A DNA stretch of 64,000 nucleotides from Octopus vulgaris (GCA_951406725.2 OX597829.1:46004001-46068000); one strand, 5' to 3'. Counted from the stretch's first letter, positions 14,590 to 28,587 are shown. Program-made: numbers and translations. The notes: generated by a model from the sequence alone, not told the origin.

Positions 14590-15990
14590 TAGTATGCGCC
14601 CGCCCCGGCCAACCAAGCACTCGAATTGTGGCTTTATTGCCACCGGACCCACCCGGGCCCATCGAACGGCTTTCGTCTCCTCATGTCTTAGCGCACGAGC
14701 CCAAGCTCTGACAACCTGCTTGGCATTAAAGAAATGATCAAGAGCCAATTTCACCGCCTGCGCGTCAGTCGCTATGTCTCTCCTGAGCGCTTCTTCTAGC
14801 TTCATGGCTTGGTCTCCCTCTCTCCTAGATTCCTCTAAAGCTATTTCCTTATTAAAGCTCTTTTCAGGGTTATCTATCATCGGTTGTTGACGATTGCACC
14901 CGACAATTTCCGATCTCTGAAAGCTTGACGCGCCGAGAAAGACGCGTTCAGATTTCAGTATCCATGGCCCTGCCTATGGATCTATTTCAACCGTACAGAT
15001 CACAAATTTGTGGTCTATGTACCCGACGAGTTTGAACTATGGACAATTTATATCTGCAGACCTACAAATAACTCTATCTATATACGGCTTGGAACACTCG
15101 ACACTGTTGGCCCATATCCACACTGGCGCATCCAGGTAATCCAGTCGGAACCTATCAGTCAATTGGAAGCGACTGAACAGTTTCGTGAGGCTTTTACACC
15201 CACTTCTCCTGTCGGCTAGCCCCACCCTATCCAAGCGTGAGTCCCATTAGAACTAAAGAGTGAGACATTCCAAGGAAAACCTCCAAACGTATAAAGAAAT
15301 AAAGCTGCCCCACCTCAGTTGGGCGTACACAGCGACTGGGCTGAAAGCATCACCTTCGCTATTGCTCAAATGCAGGGTCACCCATTTACCTTTCGAGGCT
15401 CAGGCCTTTCCTAAACAACACTGTCATCCCAACTCCCATTCCAGGCAGATTAAGAGATGCATAGATCTAAAAAATCATCGAAAATGGGGGCCCAAATCGC
15501 GTGTGTCGGAAATTCTGGTTTCGCTAACGGCCATCACATCCACAGCTAGTGACCTGAAGTCGTTGAGCTGGTGACCCTGCTTCCTAGACGATTCCAAGCC
15601 ACGTACATTTATGCACCTGACTAAAACTTTGCTACGTTCGCCGGAAAGAGTTGAGAGGAAACATAAAGGTGAGGTTACTTACCTTCCCGGTGGGCGGGTG
15701 GTTCGATCTCCATGTTTGGTTGGGGTTCCTTTGGGAACCCCTTTAAAAGTATGCTCATAGCGTTTACATTCGGGGTTCCAACATCGTATGGGAAAACCTC
15801 CCAAACATTCTTGTATATCTTGTGGAATTCGCACTAACCAAAAGTTATCAGGCGGTATAAAAGTGGTGATGCAGCAAATTTCAGCCCCTTTTAATATTCT
15901 GTTTCGAGCTATGAGGGTCATCAGTTCATCATTCGCTCGCCTCACAAGCACAAAGTTTGCGTGAGTTTGCATATTGTTGTGCATGCTTTC
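14590..15990 (-). mobile_element. Tx1-like LINE remnant: APE endonuclease and possible ORF1 end
   Basis: Minus-strand motifs CINVRGL, DVMAVSETR, VAVYA, LTDRFRL...VWIWAN...YIDRV, YIDHKFV, GHGY*NLNASF; many stops and frameshifts. Confidence 0.85.
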
Positions 15991-17018
15991 GGGCGAGGGG
16001 GAGGTTGTGATTGTGTTGGTCGTTAATCACTACTACTACAGACATGTCTAGAAATTTTGAAGAAACATTGTCTGCTCTTTTCTTAAGAATTATTTTATAA
16101 CCAAGAACAGAAAACATAAAATATACTTGGGTATACACTATTATTACTAAGTTACTAATTGGTATTTTTTATTATAACAACAGTCATGATAATTTTTTTT
16201 CTATTGCGTGATATTAAAAAAAATTATATATATAAGCAAGATAAAGTAAGAAGAAAATTCGATTTAGGTCAGGCTGGATTTGAATTCATCGAAGTGTCAA
16301 ATTAAAACAGTCAATAAAATATCGTATCTAATTTTTTTTTGCATTGTCTCTTAATGGAGTCCACTTAAGGGGAGAGAGAGAGAGTAAGAAAGAGAGAGGA
16401 ATGGAGAGGAGAAAGAGAAGTGAGTGAGTGTGAGACAGAGAGTAAGACAGAAAGGAAGAGAGAGAGAGAGAAAGGAGAGCGTAAAAGATAGATGGGAACG
16501 TTTACCTGTCAGCTTGAATTAATGAGTGAATGTGTGTATGTGTGTGTGTATGTATTTATATATTTGTGTGTATGCGTGTGTGTGTGTGCGTTGGCAGTAA
16601 TGGAGGTTACAAATATTTAATCAAATGTAATGTAGCTGATTGTGTGAACTGGCGTTTTAAAAACTTCTTTGGGCTCAACGCACAACGGTAGTCCGTTGCA
16701 TGTCGGCCTAGATATAAGTCGAATTCGATCCCACTACTACATGGGTATTTTAGCTTATGGACTCTGAAAAGAAGAAAAGATAAGTCGGCCTTTGAACTTC
16801 ACTAAAACAACCGTAACTAGAAAAACACAAATGATTTTTTTTTTTGCTCGATGCGCAAACGATTTGACCAATCTGTCATCCTGTCTCACTTATTAGTATC
16901 TTAGATTGTTTTCACTCACGTACACGTTGTTCTTTGGTAGACCCAATGCGCCGTTATTTACTCATTGGCTCTGGCAATCCGGAAAATGGTCTGTAGAAAG
17001 CCATAGAAGAAAAGAAAA

Positions 17019-17452
17019 CGATCTTTTCGGTTTGAACGGCAGTTTTTAGCATAATTTCTAGGTAACTAAAAAATGTTAAACTTCGTATACTGGTAGAATG
17101 GTTTATAAAACATCTTTTTCTCTTGGCTTTATTGAGAAAATTCTATAGTTTGTAAGATATTTGTTGTTGTTTTTTTCTTCAATTTCTGCAATTTCAACCA
17201 ATCAATGACCTCCATTCAGGTAAAAAACATTCTGTGCCGTATGAATATATCCCTCGTTTAAGAAACAGATTGGGCTTATTTACATTTGTGAAGAAAAAAA
17301 AGATACCCTTCCCCCACCCCTAGTCCTAACCCTAACTAACCCTAACCCTAAAACAGATTGAAATGCAATAGATCGATACGAGGGTCATAATTATGGGCGA
17401 CAATTTCATATGACACCGCTAGGAAAAACTGCCGTTCAAACCGAAAATATCC
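17019..17452. mobile_element. MITE with ~29-bp TIRs, 8-bp TSD and internal (TAACCC)n
   Basis: GATCTTTTCGGTTTGAACGGCAGTTTTT ... AAAAACTGCCGTTCAAACCGAAAATATC; AAAGAAAA on both sides; CCTAACCCTAA repeats at ~17325-17351. Confidence 0.88.
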
Positions 17453-18150
17453 AAAGAAAATACTAGGCTTGTTGTCCACAAAACTCTTTGAGTTCAAATC
17501 CTACTGAATTTTCCATTTTTTTTTCTTTGTTTTCTTTTGACGTTTGTTCATCCAAATTAGCATAGTTTAGACAAATATATTGTCGAGACATTGTTTTACA
17601 GCCACCTACGCTAAACCTAACCTATTTTTCATGTAAGAAAAACGCGCCTTTGAAAGAGCAGAACCATCGGATGAATTTATTGACAGGGAAAAATAACTCT
17701 CATAATATGTAGCTCAATGATTTTCAGACAATTCGACTTAGTATTTTATTCATCTGGGATGTTGTTAAAGGAGTATGTTGTTATGGTCTTTAGAATTACA
17801 TACTGAATGCTTCAAGCTATTATCTTTTTATTTTCCGTCGACTTATGGTTCTGCATTCCCAGGAGATCGATATTTGAACCTCATCTTGAAGATAATATTC
17901 CTCGCTATTTCATTCGAGCTTAAAAACATCAACAATTTTCGTTTCAGTATTTACTTCCATAACAAGTCTCAGTCCTATTCAATAGGAGTCATGGTAACTA
18001 CAGGGATTTTTCTTTTCAAGCCATGAAAAATTCAAATACCAAAACAAAACCTTAAAAAATTAGAATATGGTTAATATTTCTGGTTTCCGATATGAATTCC
18101 TGGTTTCGGATACGAACCTACTTTCACGAAGTCTTCGAAGATAAACTACC

Positions 18151-18568
18151 TATTTCTTTACTACACACAAGAGGGTAAACACAAAGGGGACAAACAAGGA
18201 CAGACAAACGGATTAAGTCGATTACATTGATCCCAGTGCGTAACTGGTACTTATTTAATCGACCCCGAAAGGATGAAAGGCAAAGTCGACCTCAGCGGAA
18301 TTTGAAACTGAGAACATCATGACGGACAGAAATACCTATTTCTTTACTACCTACAAGGGGCTAAACACAGAGGGGACAAACAAGGACAGACAAACGGATT
18401 AAGTCAATTATATCGACCCCAGTGCGTAACTGGTACTTATTTAATCGACCCCGAAAGGATGAAAGGCAAAGTCGACCTCGGCGGAATTTGAACTCAGGAC
18501 GTAACGGCAGACGAAATACTGCTAAGCATTTCGCCCGGCGTGCTAACGATTCTGCCAGCTCGCCGCCC
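18151..18568 (-). mobile_element. SINE family C, partial tandem dimer
   Basis: Same junction as 14041; TSD TCGAAGATAA(A/C)CTACC. Confidence 0.9.
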
Positions 18569-18900
18569 TAATCGAAGATAACCTACCAAAATATGCTAGG
18601 AATGATTCGGTCGTACGATACGACGTTTTGCATTTAATAATATTCAAGCTTAATATTAGACTGCTTCGATCTCGCTAGCTTCGTACATGTTTTTAAAAAG
18701 AAGCCACAAGTTCTACTCCTTTCTGTGAAAAAATTAATAAAAATATGAATATATAAATATTCTATTTAAAAATATTAACGTATGCAACAACTGGGTATTC
18801 AAAGAAACATCTTGGCGAACATCCAAAATGAAGTAACTATTTTACCTTTACAGTTTCCGCAAAATAAATAAGCGCGTGTGTGTGTGTGTGTGTGTGTGTT

Positions 18901-18959
<59 letters not shown>

Positions 18960-19052
18960 GTATGTATGTATATGTATATATATATACATACACGTATATA
19001 CATAAATATATACGTATATAATATATATATGCATGCATATATTTGTATAAAA

Positions 19053-19132
<80 letters not shown>

Positions 19133-20046
19133 GTAAATATGTATATAATATATATATATATATATATACATATATGGATATATCTATTGAGATATAGATA
19201 TGTACACACACAAAAACACACACACACGCATACACACACACACATACACACACATATATATATACATACATGTACATGAATATACAAACATTCTCATATA
19301 CATATGTGTACAGATACTTGTGTATATATGTGAACAGTATATATGCATATATAAAGATATATGTGTGTGTGTGTCTGTGTGTCTGTGTCTGCGTGTCTAC
19401 ATACAATATTACAGTATGAAACTACAAAACTTGTATTTTAATTAAATCACATGTGAGGTCGCTATCCTATTAAAAGCCTAACCACATTAAAACTGTACTA
19501 TACGCTATAAATCTAGATAAGTTATATTTAAATGTTATATCGATTATATTAGCAATCTGGCACATGTATCGCTTTTAGATTCTGAGCATTTCATGGTTTA
19601 CTACTAGTAAAAACCAGTATCTGTGCACTGTTTAATAATAGTATATGGGTCGTGATCAACGGATTGCTGAGACTATCGATTAGGTTTCAATTCTCAATTG
19701 AAGTCTTTTTCCTAACAGTTACGCTATGTCTGCAGGTGAGGTAGGTATGTCGTATAATTTCATTTTAAATATCTGAGCATGCGCATTAAGCATTATTTAA
19801 TAATAGTACGCAATTAACGTATAATGTACATTATAAGCACTTAGTGGGAAATAGTTGGAGCACTGGACAAAAAAAATACCTAGTGGTATTTTTTTCTAGC
19901 TCTTTATGTTCTGTCTGAGTTAAAATCCTGCAAGAGCTAATTTTACTTTTCTTCTTTCATTGTTCGATGAAGTATCAAAGAGAATTGTATCGAATTAATT
20001 TACTGATACGTGTTTGTTTTTTTTTCTAGCTGGCTATGGCAGAATA

Positions 20047-20542
20047 ACAGTGCCTCTAACCTTCGCGGGTTTTACTAGACTGGTGAAAACAAAATGGTAT
20101 TAGTGTTTCTACTGAATACCTGCGGAAAAAAGACATGATCAGGCAGGAAATTGCAGAGGCGGGAAAAATACTAGATGTAAGCAAGAGAGTTGGACACAAC
20201 GAAAAGTGGTGAGTATAAAAGAAATATGTAGGACAGAAATGTCTGAGTAGTGAAGGCATGAGTTTAACTAGCTCCGAGGAGCAGAGGCTATTACAGTGCC
20301 TCTAACCTTCGCAGGTTTTACTAGACTGGTGAAAACAAATGGTATTAGTGTTTCTACTGAATACCTGCGGAAAAAGACATGATCAGGCAGGAAATTGCAG
20401 AGGGGGGGGGGGAAAGACTAGATGTAAGCAAGAGAGTTGGACACAACGAAAAGTGGTGAGTATAGAAGAAATATGTAGGACAGAAATGTCTGAGTAGTGA
20501 AGGCATGAGTTTAACTAGCTCCGAGGAGCAGAGGCTATTACA
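20047..20542. repeat. Tandem duplication, ~246-bp unit x2
   Basis: ACAGTGCCTCTAACCTTCGC at 20047 and 20293; near-identical units. Confidence 0.95.
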
Positions 20543-20685
20543 ACCGTCGCAGAAAAGGTTAAGAGAGGAGACAGAATGCTTTTGAGCTTTTTCATCTGTA
20601 TGTAGTCTATCATGTCTGTGTATACAATTTCCCCCGTTAGTTTCAGAGCTCCACCCGACCCAACTTCACAATGTATATATATAAT

Positions 20686-20896
20686 AGATCGTTAGCCACC
20701 ACACGCATTTTTTCTCTCCTTTTTTTCTCCTTGTTTCTCTCCTTGGTTTTTCTGCGTCCCTTTCTGTAGAAGAGCGTAGGCTCGAAACATAAAAGACTTT
20801 TTCTATTCCTGAGCGCTATACTAATACATCTGTTGTTTTGTACACCACCTGTCTTCGTCTCTTGTCTTTTTCGTAAACTCCCCCCCCCAAATATAT

Positions 20897-20931
<35 letters not shown>

Positions 20932-21112
20932 GGGAGAATTCACAAAAAAATAACAAAAGACGAAGACAGATAGTGTAGAAAACAAACAGATGTATTAGTA
21001 TAACGCTCAGGAATTGAAAAAGTCTTTAACGTTTCAAGCCTATGCTCTTTCACAAAAAGGAACACAGAAATAAACAAGGAGAGAAAAAAATGTGTGTAGT
21101 GGCTAGTGATCT
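20686..21112. mobile_element. Tail-to-tail pair of PLE-type termini flanking a (TA)n tract
   Basis: 20686-20883 is a diverged reverse complement of 20932-21112; hammerhead-like CTGTAGA-A-GAGC-GTAG-GCTC-GAAAC at 20764-20788. Confidence 0.65.
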
Positions 21113-21419
21113 ATCATGGCGAATGCCGGACAGAAGAGTCACGCAGGAGAGCTATGAAGAAGGGATGATAACAAAGTAGTAGTGATCCCAAAAGGAAGGT
21201 GCGCGTGTGTGTAAGTGAGTATGTATGTGCGTGTGAAAGAGGGCTCGTGATCTTGACGTGTAGGTGTGAAACTGTGGAGATGGCAATTGGTCAGTGCTGG
21301 TGTGTGCGTGGTGGCGTGTTGTGATGTGATGTGTTGTGTGGTATGATGTAGTGTGGTTTGGTGGGATGGTGTTTGGAGGTGGGGGAGATGAGAGTAGGGA
21401 AAGCACGGGTTGGGTGTAG

Positions 21420-21565
21420 ATTAGGCTGGGGTGGGGGTAGAGGTGGGGCATGTGGGTAGGCAGAGGATGGGGCTAGAGGTGAGGTATGTGGGTAGGCAGA
21501 GGGTGGGGGTAGAGGTGAGGTATGTGGGTAGGCAGAGGGTGGGCTAGAGGTGGGGTATGTGGGAG
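21420..21565 (+). repeat. G-rich ~36-bp minisatellite within a purine-rich tract
   Basis: Unit GGTATGTGGGTAGGCAGAGGGTGGGGGTAGAGGTGA about x3.5. Confidence 0.85.
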
Positions 21566-22770
21566 AGGGTGTAAGAGATGGGATGGGGTGGGATGGGAAG
21601 GATAGGGAAGGTGGTGTAGGAATGTGTAGGGGTGAGGTGGGTTTATGGGGGGAGGGTTGACGATGAAGGGGGAACAGGAAAGTGGGTATGAGAGAAGAGA
21701 GAAAGAGGGTAGGGGTGAAAAGAAATAGGAGTGAAGAAAAGTAAGAGTCGGAGCAAGAGAGGAAAGGTGGGTGGAAGGAGGTAAGAAGGAGGAGGAGAGA
21801 GGCAAGGGGAAAGGGTCAGATGAAGAAGGGGCACGAATGATTATCATAGAGTGGACACTTCATTTTAATCACCCAAGATCAGATGCTGGTATTAAATTTA
21901 GATTTTCATCAGCCAAAGCTTGTGATGGAAGAGTGCTGCAAAGTGAGAATGGATCCGAAAATTATTGCAAGAGGACCTTTTAGCCACATAGTTATACCAG
22001 CACCAATTATGGTATACAGTAGTATATCTTATACAAATAGGAAGCAATATACAGAAGACGTTGATGTCATTTACTCGCAAACTAACTTTGTGGATCGGTT
22101 TTCGATTCTCATTCGTGGCTTCTTTTTTATACGAGTGTAAGAAAACTGATGGATAGCCAACTGAACAAAATATATAACACTGGTCAAGAAGAAAGCGATT
22201 TGTGTTTTGATTGTTGCCTCAGCGTAATTTTCAAATAACTGAATTCAGTTGGATATAAATATATCCTGAATATTTCAACAACTCAGAGCGATTGTTCTTG
22301 TAATATTGTAATATTCATGAGAATTTTGCCACCTATGGCTAAGCATATCTTAGAGAACTGTAAACACAACGAAGCTGACTTTTGTTAGATACACTAAATG
22401 AAGAAAAAAATCCTTTTCGGTTTTTCATCGAAAGAAAGGCATTGATATCTTTTCTACTCTAGGCACAAGGCCCGTAATTTTGAAGGAGGGACCAGTCAAT
22501 TAGATCGACCCCAGTACGCAACTGGTATTTAATTTATCGACCCCGAGAGGATGAAAGGCAAAGTCGACCTCGGTGGAATTTGAAAGGCATCAGTATATCA
22601 GCAACAAATTGGTTAAGTAAGCGGTAATCATACAAGAAGCCATTTCCCTTACAAACCAAGAAGTGGAAGTCCAAATGTTTGCTCGATCTGCTAAAAATAT
22701 TAGCAAAATCTCGACAAGCTACTCACAGTTGAAACGTTTTTGATCGTGACTGCCCGGTCAGAACAAATAT

Positions 22771-23132
22771 TTCTTTATTGCCCACAAGGGGCTAAACATA
22801 GAGGGAACAAACATCGACAGACAAAGGGGTTAAGTCGATTACATCAACCCCAGTGCGAAACTGGTACTTTATTGACCCTGAAAGGATGAAAGGCAAAGTC
22901 GACCTCGGCGGAATTTGAACTCAGAACGTAACGACAGATGAAATACCTATTTCTTTACTACCCACGAGGGGCTAAACACAGAGAGGACAAACAAGGACAG
23001 ACACACGGATTAAGTCGATTACATCGACCTAAGTGCGAAACGGGTACTTTATTGACCCTGAAAGGATGAAAGGCAAAGTCGACCACGGCGGAATTTGAAC
23101 TCAGAACGTAACGACAGATGAAATACCGCTAA
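22771..23132 (-). mobile_element. SINE family C, 5'-truncated dimer
   Basis: Flanked by CCCGGTCAGAACAAATAT (22753-22770 and 23133-23150). Confidence 0.9.
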
Positions 23133-24150
23133 CCCGGTCAGAACAAATATGGGCCTAAACTACGACAGCAGCAACCACCGCCACAACAACAACAACAACA
23201 ACAACAACGACAATATTGATTGCAAAAAATCGATCCTCTGTAAATAAATATGTCTGGGTATAAAATGGATGCAGAATCGAAAATAATGTACGGGTATAGC
23301 ATTGTGCGAATGAGAGAGGAAGAAGGAAGAGAGACGGAGAAACCAAGGAAAACGAGGAGGACACGAGACAGAAAAAAGAGGGAGACAGGAGACAGAGAAA
23401 GAGAGAGAGAAAGAGAAGAGATTGGGAGAGAGAGAGAGATAGTGTGAGTATGAGCGTGTGAATGTATGTGAGTGTGTATGAGCATGCGCACGAGAGAGAG
23501 AAAGACGGAATTATTTTAAAGTGCTTTTTGAAGTACGGCCATATTGCTTTGGAGAACAGTGCTATTTCCCCGTTTTATTTATTAATGTATTGATTTTATC
23601 TAAGTATTGCTTGGTATATATATATATATTGCATAGTTTTATTTATATATTTATTTCTATTTTGAAATAGAAAGTCTGTAGTCGGCATGTTACGACGACT
23701 GCCTTGATAAATTTACTCCGTTGCGTGATTAACGATTAAAAGTAGACTGGAACTAAATAGGAACTTTCTAAGGTCAAAGGAAAAAGTTTATTTTGTCCCG
23801 GGAGCGTTTAAACAATTACTTCACTTCTTACGGGTTTCGGGGGTAACAGTTGTGAAGTCATTGGCTTATACTGAGTATGCTTTGGGGGTCATGAACAAGA
23901 TTCTTAGTCAGTTTCTGTTATTCCTCCCTGCCTGCTTTATCTTCCTTATTCTTTATTATTAGGCACACGCACACACACACATACATACATACATATACAT
24001 ACATACACATATACATACATACACATATACATACATACATATATACATACATACATACATACATACATACATACATACATACATGCATGCATATACAGCT
24101 ATCTATTTGTGTTTATGTATGCATACATACATTCACACACACATATGTAG

Positions 24151-24190
<40 letters not shown>

Positions 24191-24298
24191 CCCTTTCCCC
24201 CTCTCACCCCACTCTTTCTCTCTCTCTCTATCTATCTTTCCATCTCTCTAATTCTATTTCTCTCTCTATCTCTCCCTCTATGTTTCTCTCTCTATATC

Positions 24299-24372
<74 letters not shown>

Positions 24373-24892
24373 ACTGCTTCCACTACATGTATATAGTATC
24401 TTCTTTCTTGGCTTGACAGCCGCCCGTGCAACATCTTATTTTCCTGTCTCCTGACTTTCATCTATGTTTGTACCTCAAGGCTTTCACTCCACACGCCAGC
24501 TCAACTTGATTCGACCTTATTAGTCGAAATACACCATTTGTTATTCTCTTGTTGTTTGTATTTGTAAACGTGTAACGTTTTCTCTGTTTTCTCGTATTTT
24601 TTTTTTTTTTTTGTCTGTGCTGTCATACACATTCACTTGGCTTCTTCCAAAAATTTAATATTCTTAGCTCAGATTTTGAGGGCCAATCAATTTTGAACAG
24701 TCTCAAGTGTAACAGGCCGAAACTTTAATGATAATTGGAAACTTGAGTGATGAATAGAAAGCCACAAATGATCCATCCTTGTTTTTCCTGTCCGTCTTTG
24801 TATCGTCTATCTGTCTGTATATTTTGACTGTCGTCCGTTACGTTCTTATTCCATGTTTTGAATTTATATATATATATACAACACTACTTCCA

Positions 24893-24953
<61 letters not shown>

Positions 24954-25654
24954 ATTACTTCCACTCTCTTGACTTTGAAACTTTAGATTTCTGCACATCC
25001 TTATATCAAAAAAATTTATTCCAATTTAGGAATTGTTTATATTTTGTGTTTCATTTTTAATATTTTATTCCGAAAATAAAAGACAGTGACCATAACACTT
25101 TGCAGCATCCCAGAGGCTGGTAGGAGGGTGGAAGGACTGAGGGAGGGAGAGAGAGGAGTATCCTCAAAACTGGTTTGAACGCTTGTAAAAGAAAGGATTC
25201 TGTTAAAGGTACCCATAGTTTCAGGTGGTGGTGTTAAACCGGGTAACTGATTAAGAATACTATAAATGTGTACCATAGTAGGATTTGAACTCAGAACGCA
25301 GAAAGCTGGGACAAATGCAATACGTGTCCTATTTGACATTCCTACGGTTCCACCAATCTACCGCACTACAAAATGTTTAAAGACAAAGTCATCTTTGTCA
25401 GGATTTGATCGCAGAACACAAAGCGCCAGACCCTTTTAATACCAAATTGCCTGATACTACCCTTTGACCTATGGTACAAACATCCTGTTTTAAACTGCTC
25501 AAAGTTAAACCCATCCATCAATAATTTCATGTTTATGTTAAAGACGTAAGCTTGATAATGACGGAATTATTTTACCGAATTCTTCGTTATTTTCGAAATT
25601 AATTGAAACAAAGACAATGTTGTTCAGCAGAGCTATGGTAGGAAAAATGTTAAA

Positions 25655-25802
25655 CAATGGCCCAGTGGTTAGGGCAGCGAATTCGCGGTCGTAAGAACGT
25701 GGTTTCGATTCCCAGACCGGGTATTGTGAGTGTTTATTGAGCAAAAACACCAAAGCTCCACGAGGCTCCGGCGGAGAGGGGTGGTGAACCCCACTGTACT
25801 TT
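25655..25802 (+). mobile_element. SINE family B (tRNA-Arg-like, OR-type), 5' fragment
   Basis: TGGCCCAGTGGTTAGGGCAGCG...TCGCGG...TTCGATTCCC head shared with 29753 and 47018. Confidence 0.8.
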
Positions 25803-26319
25803 TATTTAGAATGGCGGTGCCCCAGCATGGCCACAGCTCGTGAGCTGAAACTAGATGAAATATAATACTTTTAGCTACTTATTAAATGACACTATAAAAT
25901 TAATCTGCTATTTATTAAAGTTTTCTTATGACTATTTTCAATTACATTTTCTTGTTAATCTTTTGTGTTTTTCCAATTGATTCGAAATCACAGCATCTCG
26001 TTTTCTGTTTCCTACGGTTTTTATGCTCTATAAATGTCCTAAGTTTTCTAAGTTGCAATATTTTAATAGAAGTAGAAAAGAAGATTTACTTTCCATATTT
26101 TTTTTTTTTTTTACATAGGTATCAATGATTGTGAAAAGTGAACTGATAAGTATTTCAACCCGGTACCCGTATCGTTGATTTATTTTATAAAAAACATACA
26201 ATTTGACCCGTGGTGTTTGCAACTGCAGGGCACACAAGGATTGATAACACTAGAGGAAGTGATATGAGATGCAATGCTTATGTCTTTTCAAAGAATGTTA
26301 GCAACGTCATCGAAATGAC

Positions 26320-26379
<60 letters not shown>

Positions 26380-26423
26380 AGAGAAAAAGAGAGAGAAAGA
26401 GAGGAAGGCAAAGAAAGAGAGAG

Positions 26424-26454
<31 letters not shown>

Positions 26455-28214
26455 TAGAGTGTGTGTGTTTAAGAATTTAGATTCTGGTGTATCAATTATT
26501 TGGCAAGCATTGTGAAAGCCTCTATATACTTGCCTCACATACTAGACATTGCAGTCAAATCTTGAAATACCCAGAATATTATGAAAGAAAGGGATACTTT
26601 TGTTAATGTATTCCTTGATACATCATACATAGTTATAACCAGAGACCATAACTATAGAAAGGTAGACTCTAGAGGGTTACCAAAGAGAATAATTTGGCAG
26701 CATGTACCATAATTTTTCGAAGTAATTTAGGTACTTATGTAGTAGTTAGAAAACAAAAGCTCTCTCTCCATCTTCTCACACTTAACTCAAGGGAACATAA
26801 CATGGATATGGGGAAGAAAAGGGCTTCTTAAGCCTCCATCAGGTATAAATTACAGCTGAGTAAACTGGAGTATTGCAAGGGTACCTTGCACAAGGTTACA
26901 ACGTATCGCCCGATCTAGGAATTGAATGCACAACATTATGATCAGGAGCCTGACATCGTAAATATGTATCTTCACAGTTGAACAATTTATCTATCTGATA
27001 AGAAGTGATCTGGAGTTAAACAACAACTAAGTTTCGAGCGATAAAATTTAACATAAAAATTACTTTATTTTAAACATAAATTGACCTTTTAAAGCTTGAA
27101 AACTTCCACGCTTCATTTTTCAAAGTTCAAGTCCCTCCATATTTACATTTTTGTATCATCATATCATCCTTTCAGTCGTTCAACCATCCAAGCAGCAGTT
27201 CAGCCGAGCGGGAACCGGTAAAACTACGATGTTAGAAATATATGGGTGTTAATTTTTTTTTCTTGAATTTATTTCCACTTTCTCCAACAACAAAAAAAGT
27301 TGGCATTATGCCTTGCTAAAAGAAACAAAAAAAACAAAAAAAACAAAAATAAAAATAGGAAAAATAAAATAGAAAAATAAAAACGAAAAAAAAATATCAT
27401 TATTTCCGATATTATTTTTACCTGAAGAGAGAAAATTGATTTATCGGAGTTGTTTTGGTAGTAACGTAATATATACTGTCGACTTATAGATGAAATTAGC
27501 CGACCACAGTCAAATGTATGAGCATACATAGATTGAGTATAATAGTATCTATAGTCATATTAAAACCTAAGGCATCCAAACTATTGCTTGCTTTCTATTT
27601 CAAGACAGTATTGATGGGGGAAAAAATGAATAAAGACGAAATAGAAAATACAAAAGAAACGAAGAAATTACTAATAAATAAATAGGTAAAAAGAAAAAAT
27701 GCTTTGGATATAATATATTTGTTGTTTGTTGTTGTTGTTGTTGTTGTTGTTGTCATCGTCATCATGGCCGTCGTTATGGCTTCTGTTAAGTTTTGGCATG
27801 AATGGCGATGTTTTCTTTCGCTCTCGCTGTTGCTTTTTTTTTTGATTTTTGCCAAGTTTTTCAAGGAATTGGATGTTTATTTTTTTTATTTATTTATTTT
27901 TTTCTCGTTTGTGTCGCGTAAAGCTATTTACATGGCAAAATGAGAATTAATAGCTTTCTCATCCCGTTAAATAACAACAACAACAACAACAGCAGCAGCA
28001 AAAAGAAGACTTCTTTTTAGCAGCTACCGAACGTCTTCGGTTCGACCTGTTTCAAACATAACAAAGGCAACTAAACAAGAAACGCCCCTTCAAAAACGAA
28101 ATGCACACACACACACACGCATGCGCACACACACACATATATATATACATATATATTATATGTATATATATATATGTGTGTATTTATGCATCTATCTATC
28201 TATCTATCTATCTA

Positions 28215-28343
<129 letters not shown>

Positions 28344-28587
28344 CACCTACACACCCATGCGGTTTAACTGTCAATCTGTTCATTTACTCATTTGTTCATT
28401 TGCTCAATTTCTTAATGATTATATGCTTCCGCACCCTTGTTTTTGCAATTACAAACTCTTCTATTTGATAATCAGTACCACTAATACATGTATACGTGTA
28501 TTCATCTAATACATTGGAATAAATAGACATTCTGGAATGTCTACCAGCTGATGTCTGTCGATTTTCTATCCTCTCCACTTTCTTATT

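Noticed and set aside
17325-17351. Telomere or chromosome-fusion remnant
   Set aside because: Only about four units, inside a MITE.
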